Positions 1 through 21,930 of a DNA stretch of 64,000 bases are shown piece by piece; the first letter of the stretch is position 1, and the number at the start of each line of letters is the position of its first letter. Location: the NCBI RefSeq assembly GCF_009914755.1, contig NC_060931.1; one strand, 5' to 3'. Source of the stretch: the human T2T-CHM13v2.0 reference genome, Homo sapiens. Below the pieces are notes generated by a model, which had not been told where the DNA came from, searched no databases, and saw only the letters and a list, made by a program, of their open reading frames with translations. Position numbers and translations under genes: made by a program.

Positions 1-596
1 GTAAGGCCCCACCTTCAGGCCAGGGAGGGCCTAAAGACTGGGGGCCAGGCTGCCAGTCCCACCACTGGAGTGGGGACTCATGGTGCCTCTTCCGGGTGCC
101 CATGGCTGCCCATGGACCAATCAGCCGGCCCTTCCTCCCCTCTGAGGTCCATAAAGCCCTGGGCTCAGCCAGAGCAGGGTAGAGGATGGCCAGAGGAGGA
201 AGAGGACAGAGAGAGGGTGGGAGGACCAGCTGCAGAGAGGAGTACCCTCTCCACTGAGAGCTGCAGAGATGATCTGCTGGCAGAGAGGAGCCACCCTCTC
301 TGGAAGAGCTTCAGAGACCTGCAGAGACATTCAAATGACTTGCCTACGGAGGGAAGCCACCATCTCCAGGGCCTTCTCTCTGCTGAGAGCCGAACACTCA
401 ATGAGAAGACCTGCCTACAGAGAGGAGCTACCCACTCCTCTGAACTATTCTAACACTAAATAAAACTCTTCTTCTTCACCCTTCACTTGCCTGCATACCT
501 CATTCTTCCTGGACACAGGACAAGAACTCAGGCAAAGGCGCCTCGGCCACAGAGGTTTCTGACCAGAAAAGTTGACACCCCAGAGATCCTGTAACA
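1..596 (+). mobile_element. MER52-family ERV1 LTR, 3' portion (runs off the window start)
   Basis: Repeated GCAGAGAGGAG motifs, AATAAA near 459 and terminal ...GATCCTGTAACA. Reverse-complement match to 11471-12040. Family name from recalled consensus. Confidence 0.75.
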
Positions 597-600
597 CCAG

Positions 601-660
601 GAAGTTGACATTGGTACAATCCACAGAATTTATTCAGATTTCACCAGTTTTATATGCACA

Positions 661-699
<39 letters not shown>

Positions 700-880
700 T
701 TCTATGCAATTTTATCACATTTCTATTCATCTAACCATCACCCCAGTTAAGATTCCAAACAATTTCATCACAAGGATCCCTGCTACTTCCCTTTCATAGC
801 CACAGTCAATTCCTGTCTTTCCTGCCAGACCCTCTCTGTAAGCCTTAGCAACCACTAATCTGTTCATCTCTGTAACTTTA
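601..880 (-). mobile_element. Old L1M 3'-end fragment
   Basis: Diverged L1MB/MC-like 3'UTR motifs (ttggtacaatccacaga, gcaaccactaatctgtt). Confidence 0.5.
663..696. repeat. (TG)17 microsatellite
   Basis: Direct reading. Confidence 0.95.
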
Positions 881-1143
881 TGGCAAGTATGCCGTCTTTT
901 CAGTTACGATATAGCTTTCATTACAGCCAATGTTACTTTGTGAGAAACTTAGTAGCATCTTCATCTTGGATTTTTAAAGCTTCTAATAAATTCCTTCATT
1001 TAGTAGTCAGATTATCCAAGACACTTTTACCAAGGTTATTGCAAACCTACTGTCACTAAATTTCTGTTCTCCAGTTCTTCCTCTTACTCTGAAAGATGAT
1101 TTTCTCCAATGCTTTACAAAACAACTATGATGAGCAGATGTGA

Positions 1144-1826
<683 letters not shown>

Positions 1827-1839
1827 CCATTCTACTGGA

Positions 1840-2130
1840 AGCAAAGTGGTATTTCATTGTGTTTTATATTTGCATTTCCTTGATGAGTACTGGTGTTGAG
1901 CATCTTTTCAAGTGCTTATATATATATCTCCTTTGGAGAAATGCCTGTGTAGATCCTTTACCCCTTTTTAAATTGGTCTCTTGGTCTTTTTTTAAAAATG
2001 AGTTGCAATACTTCTTTATATATTCTAGATACAAGTCCCTTATCAGATACATAATTTGCAAAAAAAATTAACTTATTCTATGAGTTGTCTTTTCACTTTC
2101 TTGATGGTGTTCTTTGAAGCACAAAAGATT
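1840..2130 (-). mobile_element. Old L1M ORF2 3' fragment
   Basis: tttgcatttccttgatgag...gagcatcttttc; minus-strand translation resembles the ORF2 C-terminus (KHLKRCSTPVLIKEMQI). Confidence 0.7.
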
Positions 2131-2189
2131 ACCAAAATTGATCACATTCTTTGTTATAAGAAAACATTTCCATAAAAGAAGTAGAGAAT

Positions 2190-5500
<3,311 letters not shown>

Positions 5501-5537
5501 AAAATGAAACAAATGAGACTAATTCTACATAAAGTTA

Positions 5538-6510
<973 letters not shown>

Positions 6511-6850
6511 TGATTATCATGACTTTAAAGCACTGTATTTTAACTATACATCTCATGACAAAAATATCTGCAAAGAAATTATAAATTGAATTCAGTACAT
6601 TTCTATTTGGAGTAATATTATCATTTTGATGTTATAATAGTTTATATATTTAATGTATATGTGTGTATTAGGATAAAAGACAATAAATAATTATATAAGT
6701 GTTGCTGGGAACCAACATTTTCACAAGAAAATGGGATGCAAATACAAAATCAAAGAATAAAAACCTAGTAGTCTTTATTTTGAATTAAAAGTATTGGTAA
6801 TAAGTATAGAATTAACTTATTTTTCTCTCCCAAAGAAATAAATATTTCCA

Positions 6851-7020
6851 GGCCAGGCATGATGGCTCATGCCTGTAATCCCAGCACTTTGGGAGGTAGA
6901 GGTGGGAGGATTGCTTGAGCCCAGCAGTTGGAGGTTATAGCGAGCTATGGCCACAGCATTGCACTCTAGCTTGGACAACAGAATAAGACCCTGTCTCAAA
7001 CAAACAAACAAATAAACAAA
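6851..7020 (+). mobile_element. Alu monomer (FAM/FRAM-like)
   Basis: Single-arm Alu with a (CAAA)n tail. Confidence 0.75.
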
Positions 7021-7074
7021 TAATATCCTAGCCGTATTTACTAAAAAGTCCTACAAATAATGATAACCCATTAG

Positions 7075-7409
<335 letters not shown>

Positions 7410-7897
7410 CGGATTGTGGTCTTTAATACCATTCCTCTCCAAGAGAAACCAGGGCTCTTTGAAGAAATTATCATCTCCAGATATGGAACGGGAAATATGA
7501 AAAATGAACCTGAAATATCTTGTTATATCTGAAAGGAGGAAAGCTATCAAAGTCTACTGGAATCACGTTAAAAGAATGCAGACATCAACTGGACCCAGCC
7601 AAATATGCGGCAAATTTGAGCATCAAAATAAATAATGACTATCTTGAATCAAAATTCATTAAATCTATATGAAAACCTATAAGTTCATAGTGATAACTAC
7701 AGAAACTACTTTCCTGATTCTTTTTGGTGGTTGTTAGAACACCAACAGTGTTCTGAATATAGGTAAGTAAGGAAAAACAAGTAAGCATTCATCTGCATTT
7801 TCTATATATATTATATTTCAGGGTAACCAAATAGCTGATGAGGGAAAATTCTTCTGAATAGAAGAATTCCAACTAATAAACAAAAGGAGAATGACAG

Positions 7898-9655
<1,758 letters not shown>

Positions 9656-9693
9656 CACTTTTTTTTTATATTGTTGCCTTATTGTGTTCTAGA

Positions 9694-9914
9694 TTTGGGG
9701 TCAGTCAACTGTAGCCTGCAGAGAAAATTCAGCCACTCCCTGTTTCGGTAAATAAAGTTTTCCTAGAACACAGCCATGCCCATTGTTTACATATTGTCTG
9801 TGGTTGCTTTCCCCTACAACAGCAGAGTTAGCAGCTGTGACAGAGCCTAGGTGTCCCATAAAGCTGAAAATATTTACCATCTGGCCCTTTACAGAAGAAA
9901 TGTGCCATTCCCTG
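9694..9914 (+). mobile_element. MER58A hAT-Charlie DNA transposon fossil
   Basis: gtaaataaagttttcctagaacacagccatgcccattgtttacatattgtct...aaaatatttaccatctggccctttacagaa. Confidence 0.8.
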
Positions 9915-10634
9915 TTCTAGGGTGTCACCCTCTTCCACAAAGGCAAAAGAGCATGCCACCATGTCCACTGGATCTACATTCCAGCCAAAATGGATGGAAA
10001 CGTGAGCAGTTGAGGGAACACTCTTGTCTTTTAAGGGAATGCCTTAGAAATTGTACAAGTCACATCAATTTGCATACTTCCAATTAGAACTTAATCTCAT
10101 AACCATATTTTGCTGCAAAGGAGGCTATGTAACATGGTCTATTCTGGGCAGCATGTGTCCAGCCAACATTTGGGGAACCGAAAGCAGGAGAATAGATATT
10201 GAGGTTGATTCCTTGTTTTTACGGCAGTATTGTATTAAACAGCCAACTTCACTGGGTGGACAACTACTACACTACAAACACTTAAAGAAGTGGACAAAGT
10301 CGAGTTTTCCAATCCAAATAATAGGAGATGGCTAAGTTTCCATATGTAGTTTAGACAAAAATTAAAATTTAAGTTCGAAAAGACAAAAAAATCAAGGATA
10401 AGCATTAAATGTATAGATTCATGAAGTAGTTGATACTTTACCACAACTTGATGTCCTGAAACTGAGAGGCAACTTTGAAACTTGAAGGAGGCATTGGACT
10501 GAACTGGAGTGGTGGGTGGGAGGGATGGGCTGATAATGGCCCTAATAGCCAAGGACATTGCCAGGCAGTTGGAAGAGCAGGACTGGATGCGGGGAGATTC
10601 GCCACATTCTGGCCTGGCAGATGAGCTGGGTTCA

Positions 10635-11103
<469 letters not shown>

Positions 11104-11352
11104 CTAATGCTGATTTCTTACTAGACATCGCCCTCAGAGCTAGTGTATGAACAGTTAGTGTTTTTAGCTACTCAGAATCCATTTCCCTTGCTCTCAATAC
11201 TGTTCCAGTTTCTCTGGAGAGAACTCCCTTGCCCCAACCAGTGCACATGATTTGTGTGGAGCATCAGACCTACTCCCTCCAAATCAAATCATGCTTTCCT
11301 CTGGGACACTGATTAACCCAGAGGTAGTTATGTAGCCTAATCAGAATGAAGG

Positions 11353-12929
11353 TGTATTAGTCTGTTCTCTTGCACTGCTATAAAGAAATACCTGAGACTG
11401 GATAATTTATAAAGAACAGAGGTTTAATTGGCTCATGGTTCCACAGGCTGTACAGGAAGCATGATGCTGGTGTTATGGGATCTTTGGGGTGTCAACTGCC
11501 TGGCCAGAAACCTCTGTGGCCAGTGGCACCTTTGCCCAAGTTCTTGTCCAAGTTCTTGTCCTACATCCGGGAGGAATGAGGTATGCAGGTAAGTGAAGGG
11601 TAAACAAGATGAAGATGAGCTTTATCAACTGTTAGAAGAGCTCAGAGGAGACCAGCAGGGGATAGCTCCTCTCTGTAGGGAGGTCATCCCGTGGAGTGTC
11701 CAGCTCTCAGCAGAGAGGGTGCCCTGGAGAGGGTCACTCCTCTCTGCAGCTGGTAGTCCCGACATATCTGCAGGTCCCTGAAGCTCTCAACAGAGAGAGT
11801 AGCTCCTCTCTGCAGCTGATTGTCCTGTCCCATCAACTCTCTCTGTACTCCCCACCCTCTGCCCTCCTCTGGCTGAGCCCAGGGCTTTTATGGACCTCAG
11901 AGGGGAAGACGTGCATGCCAATTGGTCCATGGGTGGCCATGGGTGCCAGAAGAGGCACCGAGTCCCCACTCCACTCTGCAAGACTGGCAGCCTAGCCCCC
12001 AGGCTTCAGGCCCTCCCTGGCCTGAAGGAGGGGCCTTACAGGGACCTGCCCCCTTCCACCCAGGAAGCTGTCTGCCTCCTGCTGCCATTCATGGCCCTGG
12101 GGCTCAGCCCCAACCCCTCTCCTAGATCAGGGCAGGCCCCCGGAGAGGAGAGAGGCCAGGCAGCAGTGGCAGACACCCCCAGCCTGCAGGGAAGTTGGGG
12201 GGCTCTTCCTGGGCCACTGAGCGTGTAGGGTGCAGAGATGCCCGGGTCCTGAGCCTGGGATGGAGGCCACAGCTGCGCCCCAGGAGCTCTTGCCCCACCA
12301 ACTCGGAAGGGGTGGAGGTCCCATTTGTCCTGGCTCCTGCCTGCTCCCTAGAGTGGGAGGCCCAGGTCTGCAACTGTGGTTGGAAGGCTGCATCTGCACC
12401 CGGGAGGGCAAATCCTACCTGCTCACGGTCCCCACCAAGAGCACAGGGAGGCTTGGATCCACAGCCGAGGTTTGGGTGGCTGCAGCCCCACCCAGGAGGG
12501 CATGGCTCCAGCCTGCTCCATAGAGCTGGAGGCCTGGGTCTGCAGCTGCAGTTTGGGCAGCTGCATCGGGACCCAGGGAGCTCCCTCCGCGACTCAGAAG
12601 GGGCGGGGCTCCCACCAGCTCTATGGAGTGTGCAGCCTCTGCTGCAGCTGGCGTGATGGCAGCTGACATCTACTTGGCTTCTGGAAAGGCATTATGAAAC
12701 TTACAATCCTGGCAGAAGGGTTAACAGACTCATCTTACATGACCAGAGTGGGAGCAAGAGAGGTTGGGGGGAGGTGAGGCACACTTTTAAACGACCAAAT
12801 CTCATTACCAGCACCAAGAGGAAAATCTGCCCCCATGATCTAATCGCCTCCTACCAGGCCCCACCGCCAATACTGGGGATTACAATTCGACATGAGATTT
12901 GGGCGGGAACACAGATCCAAACCATATCA
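11353..12929 (-). mobile_element. MST MaLR LTR split by a MER52 insertion (MST parts 11353-11470 and ~12667-12929)
   Basis: TGTATTAGTC...ACCATATCA termini with 5-bp TSD gaagg at 11348 and 12930. Confidence 0.85.
11471..12666 (-). mobile_element. MER52-family ERV1 solo LTR, near full length
   Basis: Starts TGTTATGGGATC (reverse of the LTR 3' end), GC-rich, homologous to 1-596. Confidence 0.8.
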
Positions 12930-13516
12930 GAAGGGGATGCAAGAAAACATTTTACAGGGCTCCAAGAGGGGCTTTAGCAGGCACTCTTTGCCACTGAATT
13001 TGAACTTAGGAAGATAAGGCGGGGGGAAATGCCTGCTGTGCACATCTTGCCAGAGAGATTGTGTCCAAGGATTAAGCCAACAAGGAGTAGCTGACAGATA
13101 TACACAGAGAAACCAGGTTCTGGGACATCACTTGCAGGACTGAGACTAGTTGTGTCTGGAGCCAATGCTCCCTTACAATTTCGTTATTGCCACAAATCAA
13201 TTTATTCTCTTTTTGTTTAAGCCATGTTAGATTGAGTTTTCTCCCACTTTAAGTGGAAAAACATCTAATACTACTAGACCGTTTAAGTTCATTGTGTCAC
13301 TTAATTTCACAACACTTGTGGGTCGTAGGTATTATTCTCATTTTATACAAATCAGGAAACTGAAACTTAGAAAAATTTAGTAACTTGCACAATATGCACA
13401 GCTCCTTGAACGAACTTTCAAACTCATATCTAGTTCTGAAACCCCCAAAACAACACATTAGTGGCTCTCTTATCCATTTAGTCTGCACATAGATGATCAG
13501 CTAACCACAAAAGTCA

Positions 13517-14503
<987 letters not shown>

Positions 14504-14763
14504 TAAAGGAGAGCTTTAAAATACTTTCAGAGTATTTTGAGTGCAGAACCCTACATTTTTTTCCTTCCGGCATTTTACAGTTGCTTTCCCACTTCTAATC
14601 CAACAGCAATTTTTTAAATGATCCTCTTCTATCAAGTCTTTCCAAAGCATTCAACTTAATTTTCTTAGGAATAACTTCTTTTTAAATTAATTAATGAGTT
14701 TATATATTTACTTAAATTATATAATTACAATAAAAAATATAACTGGCATTGGCATACATAGGC

Positions 14764-15645
14764 TGCATTAGTTTGTAGGGCCACCCAACAAAGTTCCATA
14801 AACTAGGTGGCTTAGAGCAACACAAATGTATTGTCTCAGCTCTGGAGGCCGGAAGTCTGAAAATCAAGGTGTCAGCAGGGTTGCGCTTCATCTGCAACCT
14901 GGAGGGGAAGGCTCTTTCACTGCTTCTTCTTGTCTTTAAGTCGTTTGCTGACAGTCTTTGGCACTCCTTGGCTTGCAGATGCATCAGTCCATTTCTCTGT
15001 CTTCATGTGGCCATTTTCTCTGTGTGGGTGTCTGTGATGGTTAATATTGTCAACTTGATTAGATTGAAAGATGCAAAGTATCGTTCCTGGGTATGTCTGT
15101 CAGGGTGTTACCAAAGGAGATTAACATTTGAGTCAGTGGACTGGGAAAGGGAGACCCTCCTTCAATCTGGGTGGGCACAATCTAATCACCTGCCAGTGGA
15201 GCCAGAATGAAAGCAGGCAGAGGAACATGGAAAGACTAGACTGGCTTAGCCTCCCAGACTACATCTTTCTCCTGTGCTGGATGCTTCCTGCCCTAGAACA
15301 TTGGACTCCAAGTTCTTCAGCTTTGGGACTCTGACTGGCTTCCTTGCTCCTCAGCTTGCAGATAGCCTACATTGTGGGACCTTGTAATCATGTAAGTCAA
15401 TATTCCTTAATAAACTCCTATATCCTATTAGGTCTAGTTCCTCTAGAGAACCCTGACTAATACAGTGTCTGTGCATCCAACTTTCCTCTTCTCGTAAGGA
15501 CACCAGTCATACTAGGTAGGACTCCCCTAATAACCTCATTTTAACTTGATTACCTCTGTAACAACCCTATCTTCACAAAGTCACATTCTGAGGAACTAAA
15601 GGTTAGGACTTCAATGTATCTTTTTTGGGGGGACACAATTCCACT
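14764..15645 (-). mobile_element. MLT1 MaLR LTR, interrupted by MLT2A
   Basis: aaactaggtggctta...aaatgtattgtctcagctctggaggccggaagtctgaaaatcaaggtgtcagcaggg ... gtcacattctgagg...ggggacacaattc. Confidence 0.75.
15033..15464 (+). mobile_element. MLT2A1-type (HERV-L) solo LTR
   Basis: TGTGATGGTTAAT...CTAGAGAACCCTGACTAATACA, 432 bp, perfect 5-bp TSD gtgtc (15028, 15465). Lacks the internal segment I recall for MLT2A2. Confidence 0.85.
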
Positions 15646-15988
15646 CAGGGTAGTCCATTCACTACCCTGACTCTTGGTGAGTCTATCACCCAGGTGGAGG
15701 GAAAAAATGTGGGTGTGCCATCCTAAAGCTGTGGGTAATTGGCATGAGTTAGCACATTTTGCAGAAGAAAAATAAAATACTGGTCAACAAAAGGAGTCAA
15801 TTAAAAAAACCCACTGCAGATTACAGAGGAAGCCAATAGGGGTGGAGAGGTAAATGATGAAACAGATAGTTGAATCATTTTTCTGGTAAACATTTTAAAT
15901 AGCATTTTAGATCACTGCTTCCTTTTTCAAAAACAAGGAAGATTTTCCTGGGCAGTCTTTTCTGAGGAAGGAGGAGTTCCTCCAAATC

Positions 15989-16650
<662 letters not shown>

Positions 16651-16654
16651 TTGA

Positions 16655-16859
16655 AGGGAGCTGGCTTGCCCCTTGCACCATGTAGGATGCATGAGAAGGC
16701 ACCATCTTTGAAGCAGACTGAGCCCTCACCAGACACTGAATCTCCTAGCACCTTGGTCTTAGACTTCCCGGCCCCTAGAACTAAGAGCCATAAATTTCTG
16801 CTGTTTATAAATTACCCAGTCCAAGGTATTTGTTATAGTAGCCTGAATGGACTATGACA
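16655..16859 (+). mobile_element. MaLR LTR 3' half (MLT1A/MSTD-like)
   Basis: ccctcaccagacactgaatct...ataaatttctgctgtttataaattacccagtc...gactatgaca. Confidence 0.7.
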
Positions 16860-17319
16860 ATACATGATGTCATTTTTTGGACTGTAGTGTTCATCAGCTC
16901 TTTGGAGATGACCATGCCAGACCTCTCTCCAGCAGTTCTCCCTGTGGGTACATGTACTGTGACTTCTTCCTCACCTCTACATATCTGGCATTCACCGCCA
17001 GCTTCCTGCCCTTCCAGGCAGCCTTACTGGACTGGATCCAAGGGCACTGTCTCCTGCATGGCCCATATCTGATCCATGGGAAACACAAATGCATCTTGGG
17101 ACCCCTCGGCATGTGTGGGCTGACAGCCGACCACTGCATGCCTTTTTCAGGTGGGAGGTAAGTGACCAGAGAGTCTCCATGTGCACCAACATACCTAACA
17201 AGCTCCCCAAATGGCTGGAAGCCTGTAGGCATGAAGTGAAGGAAATGGGCTGCGGAAGCTTCCCTCAGTGGGGAGGAAGTAAACTCACAGCACAGCAAAA
17301 GCTCTGTCAGAGATTTCTT

Positions 17320-18580
<1,261 letters not shown>

Positions 18581-19279
18581 CTGATTCTTTCTTACATCTT
18601 TGGAGATCTCTTCCTAGAATTTCACATTAGTATATCTTGTTGTCCTAATCAAAATCTATACTTTCATATCTTGTTACACATAGGAGAAAAAGAGCTAAGA
18701 GAATGACACAGAAATGGAGCTGGAGCCTTAATACACCTCCTAACTGTTAATCTGTTTGGGTGGGGTTTCTATCACTTGTGGCCTACAGCAGTCTTACTGT
18801 CCCCCCAACCTCCCACAAAGTTCTTCAGGTTGAAGAGAGTCACTACTTTGTAGAATGGGAAGCTCTTACTCAAAAAAGTAGAAACTGAATACAAAACTAG
18901 ACTTTAGAAGGATAAGATAAATAAATCAATGCATTCATAACACATCATTACAAGAAAGTGAGGGGGTTAGAGGTCTCATCTTTAAATTCTGCTCTCAAGG
19001 ACATGGAGGGCCCCTCTCACAGGCTTTCCCAAAGCTCCTCTGGGTGTACTGGTCTGACTCAGCAAGTGAACATCTGTGGTTTTGCCTAGCCAGCATCCCT
19101 TCTCCTAGCAGCAGCACTCAGCATGTCCTTTTGGGGAATCACTCTTTTCTCTTGTGGTTTATTTAAAGTGACTGCACAATCAGACCCCAGAGTTTGGCTT
19201 ATGTCCTAGGCCTTGCCAGTGAAAATATGGTACCTCATCAGTGGCAGTTATTTTTCCGAGAAAGGACATATCATGACCC

Positions 19280-20100
19280 AAGGGGCAGCAGCAGGGAGGG
19301 GTGGATGGAAGAGACAGATAACAAACAATAAGCTAAATAAACAAATTCAGTCAGGAGCTAAAGAAATAAGTCATTCAGGAGTGGGGCAGGTGGCAATTTC
19401 AAATGGAGTGGTTAGGGTAGTTCTCAATGAGGCAGCATTTGAGAAAATATCAGGAAGAGTGAGAAGTAGTCGAGCATTCCAAACAGACAGGAGCCTGTGC
19501 AAAGACCCTGCAGCAGAGCCCTGTCTGCCTTGCATAAGAAATAGCAGGGAGGCCAGAGTGACTGGAGCAGAGTGAGCCAGTGGGGAGGCAGTAGCAGATG
19601 AGGTTGTAGGGGTAACAGAGGAGCAGATCAGGCAGGGCTTTGGGTTTTACTCTGAGTTTGGGAAACCACTGGGAAGGTTTTGGGCAGAGGAGGAATTTGA
19701 TCTGGCTTTCTTTTTTTAAGGTCACTCTGGCTGCTTTATGGGGACAGGCTGCAGGGATATCAGGGAAGAGACCACTGTCATGACCCAGGTAGCAGATGAT
19801 GGAGGCAGAGGTAAGAAGTGGTCAGGCTCTGGGTATGCTAGGGAGATCCAACCAACAGAATTTTTGGGCCCTGGAGGTGGGATGTGAGAGAAAGGTTTCT
19901 GAAACAGCAAGGTTTCTGGCCTTGACAACTGGAAGATGGAGTTGCCATCGAGATGGTGATGCTATGGGGAAGAGATCAGGGGCACAGATTTGGATGTGTT
20001 GAGATTGAAATGTATTTTAGAGATCCAAGAGGAGGTATTAAGGAGGCAGCTGGATAGAGGAGTATGGAGTTCAGGAGGCAGGTCCCGCCTGGAGATAAAA
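19280..20100 (-). mobile_element. L2 remnant
   Basis: Typical L2 motifs (agcagggaggccagagtgactggagcagagtgag; gtatggagttcagga). Confidence 0.7.
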
Positions 20101-20489
20101 ATTCAAAGCCAAGCCTTCTCTCTCTGCACTCAACAAAACCTCACTTAAACAGGCTTGTCAGGTCATGGAATACGGTACTAGAACTCTTTGTTGGGGAAAA
20201 TGCCAGTCAACCTTACCCGTCAGAACGCTGCCTTTAAGATCAGAGATCTCTTTCCTTCAGCCTAATCCACCCCTCTCCCTGTTTTCTCCCCTAGCCCCAC
20301 TAGGCTAGAAGCTCCCTGGCTTCTCCCACATCAGGATCCCCAACAAACCCATTCCCAGGTGGATAAGAGCCCAGGCAGTTCCCTAGACCACGTTCACTAC
20401 TTCCTAGCTACCCAAGAGCAGGACATCGCAGACACCGGCCTCCTGGAATATTCCCTCCGCTCCTCACATTTACAGGAAGGACTCAGGTA

Positions 20490-21500
20490 AGCCTCGGCGC
20501 CAGTTCAGTCGGCCCGGGGCCACTAAATACCAATGGGATCCAGTGGGTTCTACGTGGTGAGTGGGGGGCGGATAAGAGAGATGCGACACCCCCCGGGCCT
20601 GCCCCCCCCACGCCGGGGCCAGGCACACCGTGAGGGGGCCAGGCACACCGTGAGGGGGCCCAGCCACTTCCATACGCCCTCCGGTCGGCCGGCACCCACC
20701 ACCCACCCCTCGCCACCAAGCTGGGTGCAGAGAACAGGGCAGGCGCACGGACGGTTCTTACGGCCCCAGGCGCCAGACCCAGGGCACAGAGGCCAGGATC
20801 TCACGCGCGACCGCACGAGGCCGGGACCCTCCCTCCCCTTCCGTCCACTCCCTTCCCCACCGCCTCCGGTCCCCTCCCGGTCTCCGCCACCCCGCTTCGG
20901 GGCCCCCGCCCCCCAGCCGGGCAGCCAATCGGAGCTGGGATCCCGCCCCGGTCCGCAAAGCCGGTGGCGCCCGGAGGCTGCACGGAGAGCGGTGCCCGCG
21001 TCAGGTGAGGCGCGCGCGGGGAACGGGGGTCGCGCGCAGGGGAGCGGGGGTCGCGCGCGGCTTCCATAGAGCGCTAGGGCCTGAGCTCGAAGCCCCAGGC
21101 CCGCAGGAGGCCCGGGCCCGCGGCCGCCAGAGCCGGGACACAGCCTGGGCGCCGCCTGCCCCGCCCCGCCCCGCCCGGGCCCGGAGTGAGGACGCGGTCG
21201 GAGGCCCAGCAGCGCGGGTCCCGGCAAGGGGCTTTCTCAACTACACAAAAGACAGTCTAAAAAATTAAGTCTCCATTTCGGTTAAGACTGCCCGTAGTTT
21301 CGGTTTTTATGTAGACCCAAGAGGGCAGGCTCGGCGTCCGCGTGCCGCGTAGTCCGGCGGCTCCAGGAGCGCGAGCGGCTGGGCCCGGGCGTAGCCACCG
21401 CAGGGCCGCTAGCTCGGCCGGGACCCGCCTGGGATGCCCTGGGGTCTGCTCCGCTGGGGCGAATCCTGAGGCGCCACGCGAGGCACTTGGCCTCTCCTAG
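20490..21500 (+). promoter_or_regulatory. BLVRA: CpG-island promoter of BLVRA
   Basis: Very high GC and CpG density; CCAAT box at 20925-20929 between GC boxes (~20905, 20942); TACGTG (HRE-like) at 20551; no TATA box seen. Confidence 0.9.
20950..21004 (+). other. BLVRA: BLVRA exon 1 (non-coding 5'UTR); start approximate
   Basis: CAG|GTGAGG donor at 21004/21005 just downstream of the CCAAT/GC boxes; joins exon 2 to give ...cgcgtcagtgaccgaagg..., as in the BLVRA mRNA I recall. Confidence 0.8.
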
Positions 21501-21930
21501 CCCCGCTTTCGTTTTTGGAAACTGGAAACTATCACTTATTTCGTAGACGGTGTGAGGGTTACATGACAGTGTTCTGTAAAGTGCACTCTACATATGAAGT
21601 GCTCAGAAATATGGCTAATAATGAGGGTATTTATAAACTACTTAAATTATAAAAAGAATGAGACATCAGACTTACAGTTTTGGATACTAATTTTTTTCAC
21701 TTAACGTTCATTATGTGATAGGAGTTTTCCATCCTATTATACCGCTGTGCGATCTGATCTTGGGCACGTTAACCAACCTCTTGTTGCCTCGATTTTCTCA
21801 CCTGTAAAAGTGGGGGTAATCATAATGCTTACTTAGTAGGATAGCCCTGAAGAATAAGTGACTTAGCGAACATAAATAGCTTACAATAGGGTTTTCAGCA
21901 TGGGAAGGATTCAGTAAATGTTAGCTGTCA
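21490..21930 (+). mobile_element. Two MIR fragments
   Basis: tgatcttgggcacgttaaccaacctc...tttctcacctgtaaaagtggggg core-like motifs. Confidence 0.6.

Noticed and set aside
70-453. 127-aa ORF and overlapping ORFs, also those at 11593-12669
   Set aside because: They lie in GC-rich MER52 LTRs, are open on both strands and resemble no protein I recognise.
15645-15670. 10-bp perfect stem tcagggtagt/actaccctga with 6-nt loop
   Set aside because: An isolated short hairpin at an LTR edge; intrinsic terminators do not apply here and nothing supports a function.
20470-21268. 178-aa and 225-aa Pro/Gly/Arg-rich ORFs
   Set aside because: Expected stop-codon depletion in a CpG island; they cross the exon 1 donor and have no recognisable domain.
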